Assembly: GCA_951406725.2 (NCBI GenBank)
Contig: OX597825.1
Coordinates: forward strand, 65,286,001-65,350,000
Length of the DNA stretch: 64,000 nucleotides
Source: Octopus vulgaris
Lineage: Eukaryota
Direction of reading: 5' to 3'
In this document: one piece after another, positions 12,790 through 25,950 of the stretch
Numbering within the stretch: position 1 is the stretch's first letter
How the letters are laid out: each line of letters starts with the position of its first letter
Notes under the pieces: model-generated
Seen by the model: the letters and a program-made list of their open reading frames with translations, nothing else
Told to the model about the DNA's origin: nothing
The model's database searches: none
Translations under genes and position numbers: made by a program

Positions 12790-13020
12790 TATGACGTATG
12801 TGTGCACGTGTGTCCTTGCGTTTTATTCTGCTCTCACCATTAACGCTGACAATTTGGGTTGGATTCGTTATGTTGCCGTAACTTTAAATTCGGCAAAGGA
12901 ACTGATAGAATAAGTACCAAACTTTAAAAAGTAACAGGAATCCATAATTCCGACCAAACTTGTCAACGAAGCGCCCCAGCATGACTGCAGTCCATTGACG
13001 GAACCATGTCGTAAAGAATA
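12790..13020 (+). mobile_element. Old SINE B 3' half
   Basis: ttcggcaaaggaactgatagaataagtacc...gcgccccagcatgactgcagtc. Confidence 0.65.
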
Positions 13021-13109
13021 ATTAAAATAGATACAGGCATAAATATATACACAACTATGTTTATGGTGGCATATATACATATAAATATATATATATATAT
13101 AAATATATT

Positions 13110-13370
13110 ATATTAAATTAGAGACAAAATCACTATTATGCAAATCAAACAATGAAAGACTTAAGCCAATACATAAATTAATTTATATTATTTAGATATG
13201 TAACAATTATTAAAAAATATAATTAATATCCACTACGATCGTTTCCTGTCTTCTGTCATCAAATTTTACTATAAAATTTTTACTATATTTTACTATAAAA
13301 TTGGATTCAATCCTAAATCTGATTTTTCCCTGTAAGTTTGGATTTATTCCCTAATATTTATTATATATAA
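13110..13370 (-). mobile_element. Probable PLE terminal fragment with partial hammerhead
   Basis: Non-SINE island between (TA)n tracts. Minus strand 13263-13230 reads tTGATGA-cagaagacag-GAAA-CGATCG-TA-gtgg (palindromic stem III, GUA triplet). C3 and the 5' arm of stem I are missing. Confidence 0.4.
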
Positions 13371-13989
13371 ATATATATATATATTTACATGTACACATAT
13401 ATCCATTTATAGATATATATATATATATATATATTCAGCTATAGATATAAACATAATAGTGTATATATATCTGTGTGTGTATGTATATGTATACGTGTGC
13501 GTGTATGTGTGTGTCTACACGCATACATGCATATAAACACACATGCCATGCATAAATATAAATATATATAGGGAGAGAGAGACAGGCAGACAGACAGACA
13601 GACAGAGAGTGCTGCATATATGTATAATTTTGTATGTCTTAATGACAGGGACACACGCATGAGTTTCAGTAAGCCAATTATTCCCAGAGATATTTAATTA
13701 CCAACTTCGTTAGCCAAGGCATGGGTAATGACGAAGAGATTTAATTTACCGAAAGTATAAGCACCCTCAAACGAACAAAACCGTAATATATGCCGTGTTT
13801 ATATTCGGTTAAAACATTACAGCATTCTAATTTCCCACGCTCTCGTGTAAATTGTTTACCAGGCTGCGTCATCAGGTACAAAAATAGCTCTACTCTGAGC
13901 ATAAATTGAAGTCACATGTATCAAAGAGATGTTTTTATATTTGACAAATTCTGATGGCATCTTGTGCAAATAAAGTGACATGCATCGAA

Positions 13990-14130
13990 TTCCTGAATTC
14001 CTTAGACAAGCAAATAGCTGCAAGATTCTCCTTAATTTTTCGATGCCTTTAATAGAGTCCACACCATTGCGATCGATCTGGCGAGTTCTCCAGTTTGATG
14101 ACATTCTTTCCTTCCTCCAACCAGACGTTA
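13990..14130 (+). mobile_element. Possible decayed LINE RT fragment
   Basis: Frameshifted translation LLNFS..FNRVH..IWRVLQFDDI resembles the RT motif DF.KAFD.V.H..LW..L...GI. Weak. Confidence 0.3.
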
Positions 14131-14138
14131 CTGATAAT

Positions 14139-14367
14139 ATTTGTTTCTTTATTACCCACAGGGGGCTAAACATAGAGGGGACAAACAAGGACAGACAAAC
14201 GGATTAAGTCGATTGCATCGACCCCAGTGCGTAACCGGTACTTATTTAATTGACCCCGAAAGGATGAAAGGCAAAGTCGACCTCGGCGGAATGTGAACTC
14301 AGAACGTAACGGCAGACGGATACGCATTTCGCCCGGCGTGCTAACGGTTCTGCCAGCTCGCCGCCTT
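14139..14367 (-). mobile_element. SINE A, full-length young copy
   Basis: Near-identical to 4542-4762 (reverse complement). Imperfect TSD tgataatat / tggtaatat. Confidence 0.9.
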
Positions 14368-14379
14368 GGTAATATCTTC

Positions 14380-14642
14380 CCTCCAAACTAAAAGATTAAA
14401 AACATAAGAAGACTTAATAATACAAGCCCAGTTCATGGAATACCCTATGAGAAGAAAGAACCAGGAACGCTTAGTGACAAGTAGAATACTGACAGCTAGA
14501 AGAAAGCGTTGAGAGAAGTTACACGGTAGCCTTAGCAGCTGGCTTCAGAAATATTGATTCAATAACGTGATAAGTTGTGGAGAGAGTGAATGGAAGGGTA
14601 TGGGAGACCATGATCACGGATCTCTGTAGGCACGGAGCATAA
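14380..14642 (+). mobile_element. RTE-clade LINE 3' end fragment (decayed)
   Basis: Translates across frameshifts and stops to IQAQFMEYPMRR..ERLVTSRILTARRKR.EKLHGSLSSWL...RVWETMITDLCRHGA*, like the RTE ORF C-terminus (FLGHVMRR..LVTTGKI.G.R.RGR.R...W..MI.DV). Confidence 0.55.
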
Positions 14643-14736
14643 ACAAAAATTTAACAGAGCCGAAAGTTATCGAACTAAATTGCTTCAACTAAAATATCTT
14701 ATAGACATTCATACTCAGCTTTTGTAGTGATAATGA

Positions 14737-14961
14737 TTACTCTTTACTCTTTTACTTGTTTCAGTCATTTGACTGCGGTCATGCTGGAGCACCGCATTTA
14801 GTCGAGCAAATCGACCCCGGGACTTATTCTTTGTAAGCCCAGTACTTATTCTATCAGTCTCTTTTGCCGAACCGCTAAGTGACGGGGACGTAAACACACC
14901 AGCATCGGTTGTCACGCAAGCCTAGAGTGACAAACACAGACACACAAACATATACACACAC

Positions 14962-15020
<59 letters not shown>

Positions 15021-15178
15021 TACGACAGGCTTCTTTCAGCTTCCGTCTACCAAATCCACTCACAAGGCTTTGGTCGGCCCGAGACTAAGGCAGAAGACGC
15101 TTGCCCAAGATGCCACGCAGTGGGACTGAACCCGGAACCATGTGGTTGGTTAGCAAGCTACTTACCACACACCCACTC
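14737..15178 (-). mobile_element. SINE B, near full length
   Basis: Reverse complement of 16614-17033, with a (gagtaaaa)-type tail. Confidence 0.9.
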
Positions 15179-16613
15179 ATTTTAGTAATTCTGTGTTAGA
15201 TTTTAAAGTTCGTTACTACAATACTTTTTATATTAAAATTTGTCACCGTAAAAGGGTTTGGTTCAATATTGATTCTCGTAACGTCACATGTTTCACATCA
15301 GTTGTTATCGTTGTAGAAATTTGCCGTAAGGAAGCCAACATCTGCGGCAAGTAAAAAGCATTTTGATGTATAGACTAAAGGCAGTGCGTCAGCTGTTAGC
15401 TTCACCTTATCAATGATGCGTTAAGAAAAACATATTAGACAAAGAAAGCGTTTTTGTCGTCAGTTTATGAAGTTGATAGTAGGTAGGTACTAACGTTGCG
15501 ACTGGCTGACAACAAGTCAGATAACATTTCAAATACCTTGTTTATATTATAATAACCTTCTGCGTATGTAGTGTGAATGAAAGTAAGCATATGGTAGTAC
15601 TCGCCCATTATATTTTGTTCGAGAAGAATCTAAATACTGCGACCTATTTTTCTTAAAAATTGTTTGACACTCTCCTCTTAACACGAATTCGTAACGCATA
15701 AATGTTTGCAGATATATAGAAGTCGTTACCGTAAATTGAAATCGTTCTTTCAATGTTTGAATACAAAGCTTTTGACATCTATTTTCTAAATATATTTTCC
15801 TCTTTTTAATCAAGGGGATGATATTTATAGGAAACAATAAAGATAAAGGGACAGTGATGTCTTTATACAGAGATGAATTTTAGCATATATGTATATCTGA
15901 GTGTATATGTATCTGAATATATGTATGTTTAAATATGTATATACGTGTATGTATGTATATATGTATGTATGCATGCATGTACGTATGCATGCATGTACGT
16001 ATGCATTCGTGTAAGCATGAATGCATGTATATATGTATATGAATGTATGTATGTATGTTCACATGTATATATGCAGCACAGAAATGAGATTTGGACAGGC
16101 CATGTAAAAAGAAATCTTGTACAATTGTTGTTTATACACAATTTAAATACTATTAAACATCTATCTGTTGACACTTAAATATTTTGACGGCTATTTTCGT
16201 AACTAACAATTTCAGCGTAATGTATCCAACACGTAATATTCTCCAGCTATTCAACTACCATCCTTTTATAGGTGATAATAGTTTTATGGGATTATATTCA
16301 ACAATGTGAAAGAAGAGATGATTTCACGTTATTCTTTCTTTTCCTAATATTCAACAGGCCATAAACATTTTTTACCTCAGATTAAATCTGTGGTAATTTC
16401 TTCTTGAAAATAGGCAATTTTTAATACGTTTCACAACTTATTATGGCGTAACTGAGAAAAGCCTGTCAGGTTTTTCATTTTCATATTTGAGAATATCCGT
16501 CATGTTTATGAAACTCGACACTGACTGATGTAATTGAAAGAAAATAGCGTAATGGAAACATAGAAAATAGAGAATTATTGAAGTACATAAAGAAAAAATG
16601 AAAGTCTCACGTA

Positions 16614-17033
16614 GACGCAGGAGTGGCTGTGTGGTAAGTAGCCTGTTTACCAACCACATGGTTCCGGGTTCAGTCCCACTGCGTGGCACCTTGAGCAAGT
16701 GTCTTCTGCTATAGCCCCGAGCCGACCAATGCCTTGTGAGTGGATTTGGTAGACGGAAACTGAAAGAAGCCTGTCGTATATATGTTTATATATATGTGAA
16801 TGTGTGTGTTTGTGTGTCTGTGTTTGTCCCCCTAACATTGCTTGACAACCGAAGCTGGTGTGTTTACGTCCCCGTCACTTAGCGGTTCGGCAAAAAAGAG
16901 ACCGATAGAATAAGTACTGGGCTTACAAAGAATAAGTCCCGGGGTCGATTTTCTCGACTAAAGGCGGTGCTCCAGCATGGCCGCAGTCAAATGACTGAAA
17001 CAAGTAAAAGAGTAAAAGGGAGAGTAAAGAGTA
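16614..17033 (+). mobile_element. SINE B, full length
   Basis: tRNA-like head with gggttcagtccc B box, then ccttgagcaagtgtcttc, an internal microsatellite, and tail ggcggtgctccagcatggccgcagtcaaatgactgaaacaagtaaaagagtaaaa. Confidence 0.92.
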
Positions 17034-17384
17034 GGATCGACAGGTTTTAATTTACTTCAAGTGTGGTCTCAGATTTGTGTAAGTTTCGAATAACTAGATA
17101 CAAATTGACAGTAAAGCAAACATAATTAATAAATCTGGTGTTATGTTTTATCCTAACTTTCTGCTAAATCCGCTGAACAAATTTATTTGTACCTTAGATA
17201 CAGAGTTTTCAGAGGACGACCTTGTGGTAAAAAACACGCTTTACAAATACTCGTTATTCGCCAATGGGTCTAAATAGCTAATCGTTTTGTCTAAGTCATT
17301 TTTGAATTATGCCTTATGTTTATTTGCTTTATATTTAGGTAAGGGTACATATGCGCACAGAAATATATTCTATAAATATATATA

Positions 17385-17549
17385 GGCGCAGGAGTGGCTG
17401 TGTGGTAAGTACCTTGTCTACCAACCATATGGTTCCGGGTTCAGTCCCACTGCGTGGCACCTTGGGCAAGTGTCTTCTACTATAGCCTCAGGCCGACCAA
17501 AGCCTTGTGAGTGGATTTGGTAGACGGAAACTGAAAGAAGCCCGTTGTA

Positions 17550-17595
<46 letters not shown>

Positions 17596-17808
17596 TGTTT
17601 GTGTTTGTGTGTCTGTGTTTGTCCCCCTAGCATTGCTTGACAACCGATGCTGGTGTGTTTATGTCCCCGTTACCTAGCGGTTCGGCAAAAGAGACCGATA
17701 GAATAAGTACTGGGCTTACAAAAGAATAAGTCCCGGGGTCGAGTTGCTCGATTAAAGGCGGTGCTCCAGCATGGCCGCAGTCAAATGACTGAAACAAGTA
17801 AAAGAGTA
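17385..17808 (+). mobile_element. SINE B, full length
   Basis: Highly similar to 16614-17033 and flanked by tatata on both sides. Confidence 0.92.
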
Positions 17809-18039
17809 TATATACCGTTACATCTCCTCCCACAATAAACGGTTGCAAATTCACAAAATCAAACTGTAGAAAATATATGATCAATTTGACTAAGGAAATT
17901 CACGTTTTGCTCTCATTCAGCTCTGTGCAATCACAGCTGGATATGTTCTCTTAAATTTGTTCGATCCCGGGTGATTACATTCGTGAACACCTCATGCATG
18001 GCTGAAATAATGTTGGTCGCATTCTGGAACATGTAGTTA

Positions 18040-18600
18040 ACTGATCTGGACCGCCACACATTTCATCTATCAATCTTTGGAGTTTCTAACACCACGTTTC
18101 AAAGAAGGCCCACCAACCTCGTGATCAGGGACTCATTTTCTAACTAGAACCCTCGACTCCTACGAGCCTGGAAATGGTCTCTTAACTTCTTTAATTATGC
18201 CACACACCCTCCATATATCTGGAGTACCGTGCATTTTCTTTCTCTGTAGCTTCAAGTCTGTGTACCCGCCGTTGGTTAGCCCACACATGATACCCTGCTG
18301 GGTAATGCACTTGCCTCTTACTAATTTCCAATATAACCAAATGTCACTCACCCCCACACTCACGCCTTACTACCAACATTTATCGTGCCCTGCATTTAAT
18401 TACTTATCTATTTCCACTTTCTAATATCTAACTTATCTATTACTGTGTCCTTTTGTCATTTTCGCCAACCATTCTCTAGAGTAATCTCTCCAAAGTCCCT
18501 ACACCGAAACGTTAGAAATTATTCCACTAAACTTATTGACCTCTACGTCATATTGATATATCTGAAATACGTTTGTCTATCTATCTATTTATCTATTTAT
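18040..18600 (+). mobile_element. Penelope-like element 3' remnant (GIY-YIG C-terminus, pyrimidine-rich UTR, decayed hammerhead)
   Basis: 18120-18170 translates RDQGLIF*LEPSTPTSL, resembling the REQ.LIF.L.TL.P.GLN end of PLE endonucleases. 18471-18519 has ttct...CCGAAACGTTAgaa with stem I ttct/agaa and a mutated CTGANGA box. Confidence 0.5.
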
Positions 18601-19469
18601 CTTACCCAGATTCGGAACAAATTATTCTTTACAATGAAATAGGCAGTAAACACCTTCAATAATATTTCGTCACGCATTAAAAATTATGGAAATTAAATGA
18701 ATTCTGCTTAAGAATAATACACACGTGATTCTTGACTGCTCACTTAGGTGCATATAGATAAAAACATTTAATCCGATAGTTTATGCTTCCTTTCGCAAAG
18801 ATGTTCCTTTTTCAAAGGTGTTTCAGAGCAATGTTGCGTATAAATTTTTAAATAGAATTAACACTTTCATGTTTTATATAGTTTTATATACATCTAGGAA
18901 AGTAGACAATTCATACTGCAAATCTATTAATGACAACAGACATTTTGTTTCTGAAGCCTATGAAGTTTGTATTTTAGTATTGTTACTTTTTACAGTTTAT
19001 AGATTGTACTCTGTGATACGGGAAGACTAAAATACAATCAACGGCCAATACAGGTATTAATAATGATAGATCCAGAATTAAAGATAAAAATATTTAAATA
19101 TCAATCGGCCCATGATCGACCCTCTGTCATCAAAGCATTTAAACAGAATCCCCGCAACTCTTCAATACTAACTCACTTTCCAGAAAAATATCAAGAGCAA
19201 TGTATAATTGATATCTCTACATTGAATAAAATATATCTTGGTTCTTTGATTAAAATTATATGAATCATTTTATTATCCATATTTTATCAAAGATGGAATG
19301 ACTAAAAGTCTTTTAAAGGTAAAATTACATCGAGATATTGCTCTGATAACTCACTTAAACGAATTTATATCTTCTGGCGCTTTCTCTATAAAGTTCTCAA
19401 AAGTTAAAAGTTCTATCCGTTCAGAAGATTAAGCATTAACAATTCTTTCAAAATATGATATGACTATGT

Positions 19470-19752
19470 GGAGGCACATGGCCTAGTGGTTAGGGTAGCG
19501 GACCCGCGGTCGAGCGATCACGGGTTCGAATCTCAGACCGGGGTATGTGTGTGTTTATGAGCGAAACACCTAAACTCCATGCAGTTTCGGCAGAGGGTAA
19601 TGGCGAACTTCTGCTAACTCTTTCGCCACAAATCTCTCTCACTCTTTCCTCTTGCAGCTCACCTGCGACGTCCAGGTGGGGAACCTATACACCAAGGAAA
19701 CTGGGAAACCGGCCCTATGAGCCAGGCATGGCTCGAGAAGAAACAAACAATC
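19470..19752 (+). mobile_element. SINE C variant
   Basis: Head ggaggcacatggcctagtggttagggtagcggac and the same 3' module as 983-1294. Imperfect TSD atgactatgtg / ataactaagtg. Confidence 0.82.
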
Positions 19753-19807
19753 ATAACTAAGTGACAATGATTGTCAATTTTCTGTGTGTGTGTGCGTGTG
19801 TGTATCA

Positions 19808-20222
19808 GGCGTGGCAGTGTGGTAGATAGCTTGCTTCCCATCCACATAGTTCCGAGTTCAGTCTCACTGCGGGGCTTTGGTAGTCGGAAACTGAAAGAAG
19901 CCTGTCATATATTTTTATGTGAATATGCATATATATATCTACGTGTGTGTGTCTTTGTATCTTTGTATCTGTGTTTGTCCCCCATCACCGCTTGACAACC
20001 GGTAATGGTATGTTTACCTCTCTGTAACTTCGGCAAAACATAAACAGACCGATTGAATAAGTAGTAGGCTTAAGAAATAAGTCCTGGTGCCAATGTGTTC
20101 GACTAAAGCCGTTGAAGACGATGCCCCAGCATGGTCCAGTAAATTGACTGAAACAAGTAAATGAAAGTTATATATATATATATATAGGCGCAGGAGTACG
20201 TGTGTGGAAGAAGCTTGCTTCC
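19808..20222 (+). mobile_element. Older SINE B (19808-20165, internally deleted) plus a second B head fragment (20187-20222)
   Basis: Family B head, body and tail motifs. Confidence 0.75.
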
Positions 20223-20316
20223 GGATTACCTTGATTCATTTGTTTCGTTGGATTTGTGTGAGATAGACGTGTTTTTTTTTTTTCTTTTTGGCTGTGCGAT
20301 ATTTTCCTCTTAAGTA

Positions 20317-20590
20317 ATGAAGGAAAGCTGCCCTCCCTCAGAGTATGTACCGTCTGAAGGGGAAATGGTAGAGTGCCTGAACAAAATAGACAAGGCTATG
20401 CAAAATAGAAGATATGCTGCAGCGACGGAAGAAAAGTACGAAGACATAAAGCTGAAAGATGTAGGCAAGTATAAGGGAATGCTGAAAAGGGAGGGGAACG
20501 AAGTGAAGGTCTGCCGCGTCGAGGAAGTCTTAAAGAAAACAGCGTAAAAACGGTAGTTTATACGACGTACTCGGTGGCATCTTGTTTCCT
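20317..20590 (+). pseudogene. Coding-like purine-rich fragment (76-aa ORF plus read-through), possibly the 5' end of a LINE ORF1
   Basis: Non-repetitive, K/E-rich, natural-looking translation that continues past a single TAA (KTVVYTTYSVAS). No family recognised. Confidence 0.3.
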
Positions 20591-20916
20591 GGCTGGGAAA
20601 CATACGTAGCCTGGATTTCATCTGATCCATTCCCTCAGTTTGGATGTCTGTGTGCGTGTGCGTGTGTGTGTTTATAGAGAGAGATGTAGAGAGAATTGTA
20701 TCCCAGCTTTGTTCATCAAGTAAATTGTCTTAATTAGCATTTAAGTTTTACGCGAACATCTATACGCTCTAAAGTATAAACACACTCAAAAATTTACTCA
20801 AACGTATTGCTGTATAATACAGTAAATCCTGGTCGCTTGAATCTAGACTACACATTGATTCATCGTTTAATATGTCTAGTGTCTTCCTTCACTTTCATGG
20901 AACAACTGAAAAATAT

Positions 20917-21628
20917 CTATTTCTTTACTACCCACAAGGGGCTAAACACAGATGAGACAAACAAGAACAGACATACGGATTAAGTCGATTACATCGACCA
21001 TAGTGCGTAACTGGTACTTAATTTATCGACCCCGAAAGGAGGAAAGGCAAAGTCGAGCCCGGCGGAATTTGAACTCATAACGTACCGGCAGACGAAATAT
21101 GGCTACGCATTTCGCCCGGCGTGCTAACGATTCCGCCAGCTCGCCGCCTTAACAACTGAAAATATATATTTATTTATTACCCACAAGGAGCTAAACACAG
21201 AGAGGACAAATAAGGACGGACAAACGAATTAAGTCGATTACATCGACCCCAGTGAGTAACTGGTACTTAATTTATCTACCCCTAAAGAATGAAAGTCAAA
21301 GTCGACGTCGGCGGAATTTGAACTCAGAAGGTAACGCCAGACAAAATACGGCTATGCATTTCGACCGGTGTGCTGACCGTTCTGCCAGCTCATCGCTTTT
21401 TTTTTTTTTTTCTCAAAGAAAATCCTTTTCTATTCTAGTCACAAGACCCGAAATTTTAGGGGAGGGGACCAGTCGATTAGATCGACCCTAGTACGCAACT
21501 GGTATTTAATTTATCGAGCCCGAAAGGTAAAGTCGACCTCGGTGGAATTTGAACTCAGAAAATAGACAGACGAAACATTGCTAAGCATTTCGCCCGGCGT
21601 GCTACCGTTTCTGCCAGCTCGCCGCCTT
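20917..21628 (-). mobile_element. Tandem array of three SINE A copies
   Basis: Copies at about 20917-21149, 21167-21397 and 21430-21628. The flank aacaactgaaaa(a)tat occurs three times (20901, 21151, 21629). Confidence 0.9.
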
Positions 21629-22013
21629 AACAACTGAAAATATCGATGGTAAAAAGCAATATTATTAACAATATTAAAATATCCGTTCAAGTTGCAAACA
21701 CGAGTCCACTACTTTTTTATATGACAACCTAAGCTTCAGACAACTCATTTCAGTAATCTTCTACGGGTTTCCATCTCTACCTTCCTTTATAACAAACCGT
21801 TTCCTGACAACGTTTTCTTGCAATGATAGGAATTGATAAAACACAGTAAACATTGCATCCGAGCAATCCATCTCCCTGTCTGTCATTCTACTGTACACAA
21901 TGACACGTTTCCATGAAATAGAGCAACTCCATTGAGTAAACGTTGAGTCTATTCTGTGCTCATATCTATTTATTCAGAAACGAATTGACTGAAAACAAAT
22001 ACAGTGAGTATGT

Positions 22014-22089
<76 letters not shown>

Positions 22090-22375
22090 TATATATATAT
22101 ATATGCATGTATGTATATATACATACACATATATATATACATACATATATATATGTATATATATATATTTATATGTATATGTATATATATATATATAGAT
22201 AGATAGATAGATAGATATGGATATATATATATATATAATATATTATATATATATATATATATATTATATATGTGTGTGTGCGAGTTTACAAAAATGTACA
22301 CTAAAAACATGTAAAAATATAATTTCACACACACAAGAATATAGATCAAAATAGATCGATATATACATACATACA

Positions 22376-22411
<36 letters not shown>

Positions 22412-23039
22412 CATACTTACAAAAGAATGTATTTGGAACGGGAAGGGAGGAAGAGACAGATAAAATCATGAAGAGACAAAGACATAGAGACAGCTGGAGA
22501 GAGAGAGAGAGAGAGATAAAGAAAATGTCTAACAAACAGGCTTAAAGACTGAAAAAAAATCCACTTTAGAAATGATTTATTGAAATTCAATTTCTCTTAT
22601 TCTCAAATATATATAGCACTAAAGATTTTTATTATCACTAACCTGACCTCCATAAACACCACCTATCTATCTAACTACATATCTTTCCCAAGACGTATAC
22701 ACTCTACTCTTTCTTTTACTCTATTCTCTTTTAGAACCCCTATATATTTTTCTCCGTCCTCCCTCTTTCGTTGAGACGAGCTTAGACTAATACGTGTATG
22801 AACACACCACATATAAAGATATGGACATAGGTGTATATACATCAAGTTGTATATATTTTATAGTTCTATAGTTTGTTTTACTGCCATTGGGGTTAAACAC
22901 CACCTGCAGACCCCGATAGACCAACGCTTATACACACACACACACTCATACGTATGTGTGTGTGAGTAATTATATATATATAGCCATATGTATAAGTGTT
23001 TATATATATATATATATGTATGTATATATAGCGTGATAT

Positions 23040-23680
23040 TGGTTTCGAATTTTGGCACAATACCAGAAATTTCGCGGGAGGAGGTTAAGTGATCAACTGG
23101 TACTTAATTTATCGACCCAGAAAGGATAAGAGACAAAGTCGATATCGAAGAATTTGAACTCAGAACGTAAAGACGGACGAAATTCCGTGCATTTCCCGCT
23201 GCATGCTAACGATTCTGCCAGCACGCCGCCTTATATATCCTCTTTAATATTAAATATAAGTAAGGAGAAAAGCTAGCAGAATCTTTAGAACGCCAGGGAA
23301 AATTCCAAGCGGCATTTCGTTCGTCTTTACTGTCAGAGTTCAAATGCCGCCTGTGTCAACTTTGCCTTGCATCCTTTCGGGATCGATAAGTAAGAACCAG
23401 CTGAGCGCTGGGATCGATGTGATTAACTGCTCCCCTTCTCTGAATTTGCTGACCTTGTGCCAAAATTTGAAATCAAGGAAGGTGGCGAGCTGACAGAATT
23501 ATTAACACTCCGGACAAAATGCTTAGCGATATTTTGTCCGTCTTTACGTTCTGAGTTCAAATCCGCCAAAGTCAACTTTGCCTTTCGTCCATTTGGAGCA
23601 GTCGAGTCGATGTAATCGGCATACTCCATCCCCATTCCCTGACATTACTGGCCTTGTGTTACAATATGAAACCATTAATA
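23040..23680. mobile_element. SINE A cluster (23040-23232 -, 23265-23475 +, 23480-23675 +)
   Basis: Family A core motifs with the aaattgctggccttgtgccaaaatttgaa-type tail. Confidence 0.8.
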
Positions 23681-24380
23681 GGTATAAGTCACAATATAGT
23701 TACATATAGGTAATTCTGCACTATTAAAATACCATTATACGTAAGCAGCGAAAAAAATTACCTGAAGAAGAATTTCATTAGAATTCACAATCCAACGCCA
23801 AACTGGAAAGGTTTCCTTAATCAAAATTAGAATAGACATTCAGAGGAAATTTGTTTTTAATGTTTGGTATCGTTTTCTAAAGGATTGATTCTGCAACAAA
23901 CTGGAAAATTACTTGAAATTTGTAGTCGAGGTTGTATACCGAAATCTGCTGGAAACCTGTTTTTCTTGGCAAGGCTGTAATATTAATGAAGTATATAATA
24001 TTTCACGGCGTTATGTGCCGGTACCATCAATTTCTAAGCAACTCTGCGATAGGATAGTCTTCGTGTTTATGTAAATTTTTATCTTGCAACCGCTTAACGC
24101 TAAGCATCGGCGTCAAGAATTCAAGCACTTATATACATTTTATCTGCTTATGTTACTATAAAACGATCCAAGACAATACTAATTCCGGTTCCTCAAATCA
24201 TATTACGAAGGCTGTAGTTTCAGTTGTTTCGAAAACATACTTCCATACTCACAAACACCTAATATACATACTGGTGATTATTTACATTATTTACAATTGA
24301 CGGATATTTGCGCTCATCTTGTTTTTAACCACTACTTCATATGCCCACGGGCATATGGGCGTAGTGGTTAAGGTGTGCTA

Positions 24381-24556
24381 CAAGATGCAGGAGGAAAGAG
24401 TGAGAGAAAGCTGTGGCGAAAGAGTCAGCAGAAGTTCGCCATTACCTTCTGCCGGATCCGCTTGGAGCTTAGGTGTTTCGGTCATAAACACATACATCAC
24501 CCGGTCTGAGATTCGAACCCGCGAGTCCACTGCCCTAACCACAAGGACATGTGCCA
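24381..24556 (-). mobile_element. SINE C 5' portion
   Basis: Reverse complement of the 19470 and 983 copies (cggcagaaggtaatggcgaacttctgctgactctttcgccac). Confidence 0.8.
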
Positions 24557-24787
24557 ACACCACCTCTTATATAAGGAAAGGTAATCAAAATCGTGGAAAC
24601 TCACTTAGAAAAGGGGACATACTTCAATAAATTAAGAATTTCCAAAATAATTTTCCTGCTTTTAATGAAAAACTGACATTTGTAAGCGTAGACTACTACG
24701 GACACACATGTTTCGGTATACAGGACATCGTCAGAGAAGCATAATCCACGAGAACTCACTGGTACAATAGTTAGAAATATAACTATA

Positions 24788-24791
24788 TTAG

Positions 24792-24824
<33 letters not shown>

Positions 24825-24841
24825 TGGTTGGATAGAGAGAG

Positions 24842-24913
<72 letters not shown>

Positions 24914-24914
24914 G

Positions 24915-24976
<62 letters not shown>

Positions 24977-25011
24977 GAGAAAGAGAGAGAGATGGATGGA
25001 TAGATAGATAT

Positions 25012-25070
<59 letters not shown>

Positions 25071-25476
25071 CAGACATATAAAGGGCTTCCTATGTCTTTT
25101 GACCGGCAGTATTCGTATGATATTAAGTAAGCTTGAAGTAATATAGAATTACGCCCTCTGGTGTCTTTGCTGTGCTTAGTTTCATCTTTTATGTACACGC
25201 AATGCATTTTATGTCATCATACATTCATCTCAACTGCCATATTTTCACCGCCAATCACTTGCATGCATTTGTTCTGAAAAACCTGATAAATGCACATCTA
25301 AAAATACTCTTTCAGTAAATTTCCCTCTTTGCGTGAGCATAGGAACTTTGAAATTAATAGTTACGGTGAAGGAATAATCTCAGCTTATTATATTTATATG
25401 CGTGTGTGTACATACGTGTATGTATTACATATGTATGTATGTATCAATGTAATACATGCGTGTATATATACACACA

Positions 25477-25516
<40 letters not shown>

Positions 25517-25950
25517 TACATATATTACATATATATATGTATATGTATATATGTATATATATATATGTATATTACATATACATGCATATATATATATACA
25601 CATATATATGTAATATACATATATATATATACATATATACATATATGTAATATACATATATATATGTAATATACATATATATATATACACATATATATGT
25701 GTATATTACATATATATATATGTGTATATATATATATATATATTACATATATATATGTATATATATATATATATTACATATATTGCATATATATATATAT
25801 ATTACATATATTACATATATATATGTATATTACATATATATATATGTATATATATATATATATGTATATTACATATATGTATATATGTATGTATATATAT
25901 ATATGTATATTACATATATATGTGTATATATATATATATGCATGTATGTA
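24788..25950. repeat. (TAGA)n tract (24788-25070) and complex TA/TTACA low-complexity tract (25400-25950)
   Basis: Direct inspection. Confidence 0.95.
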
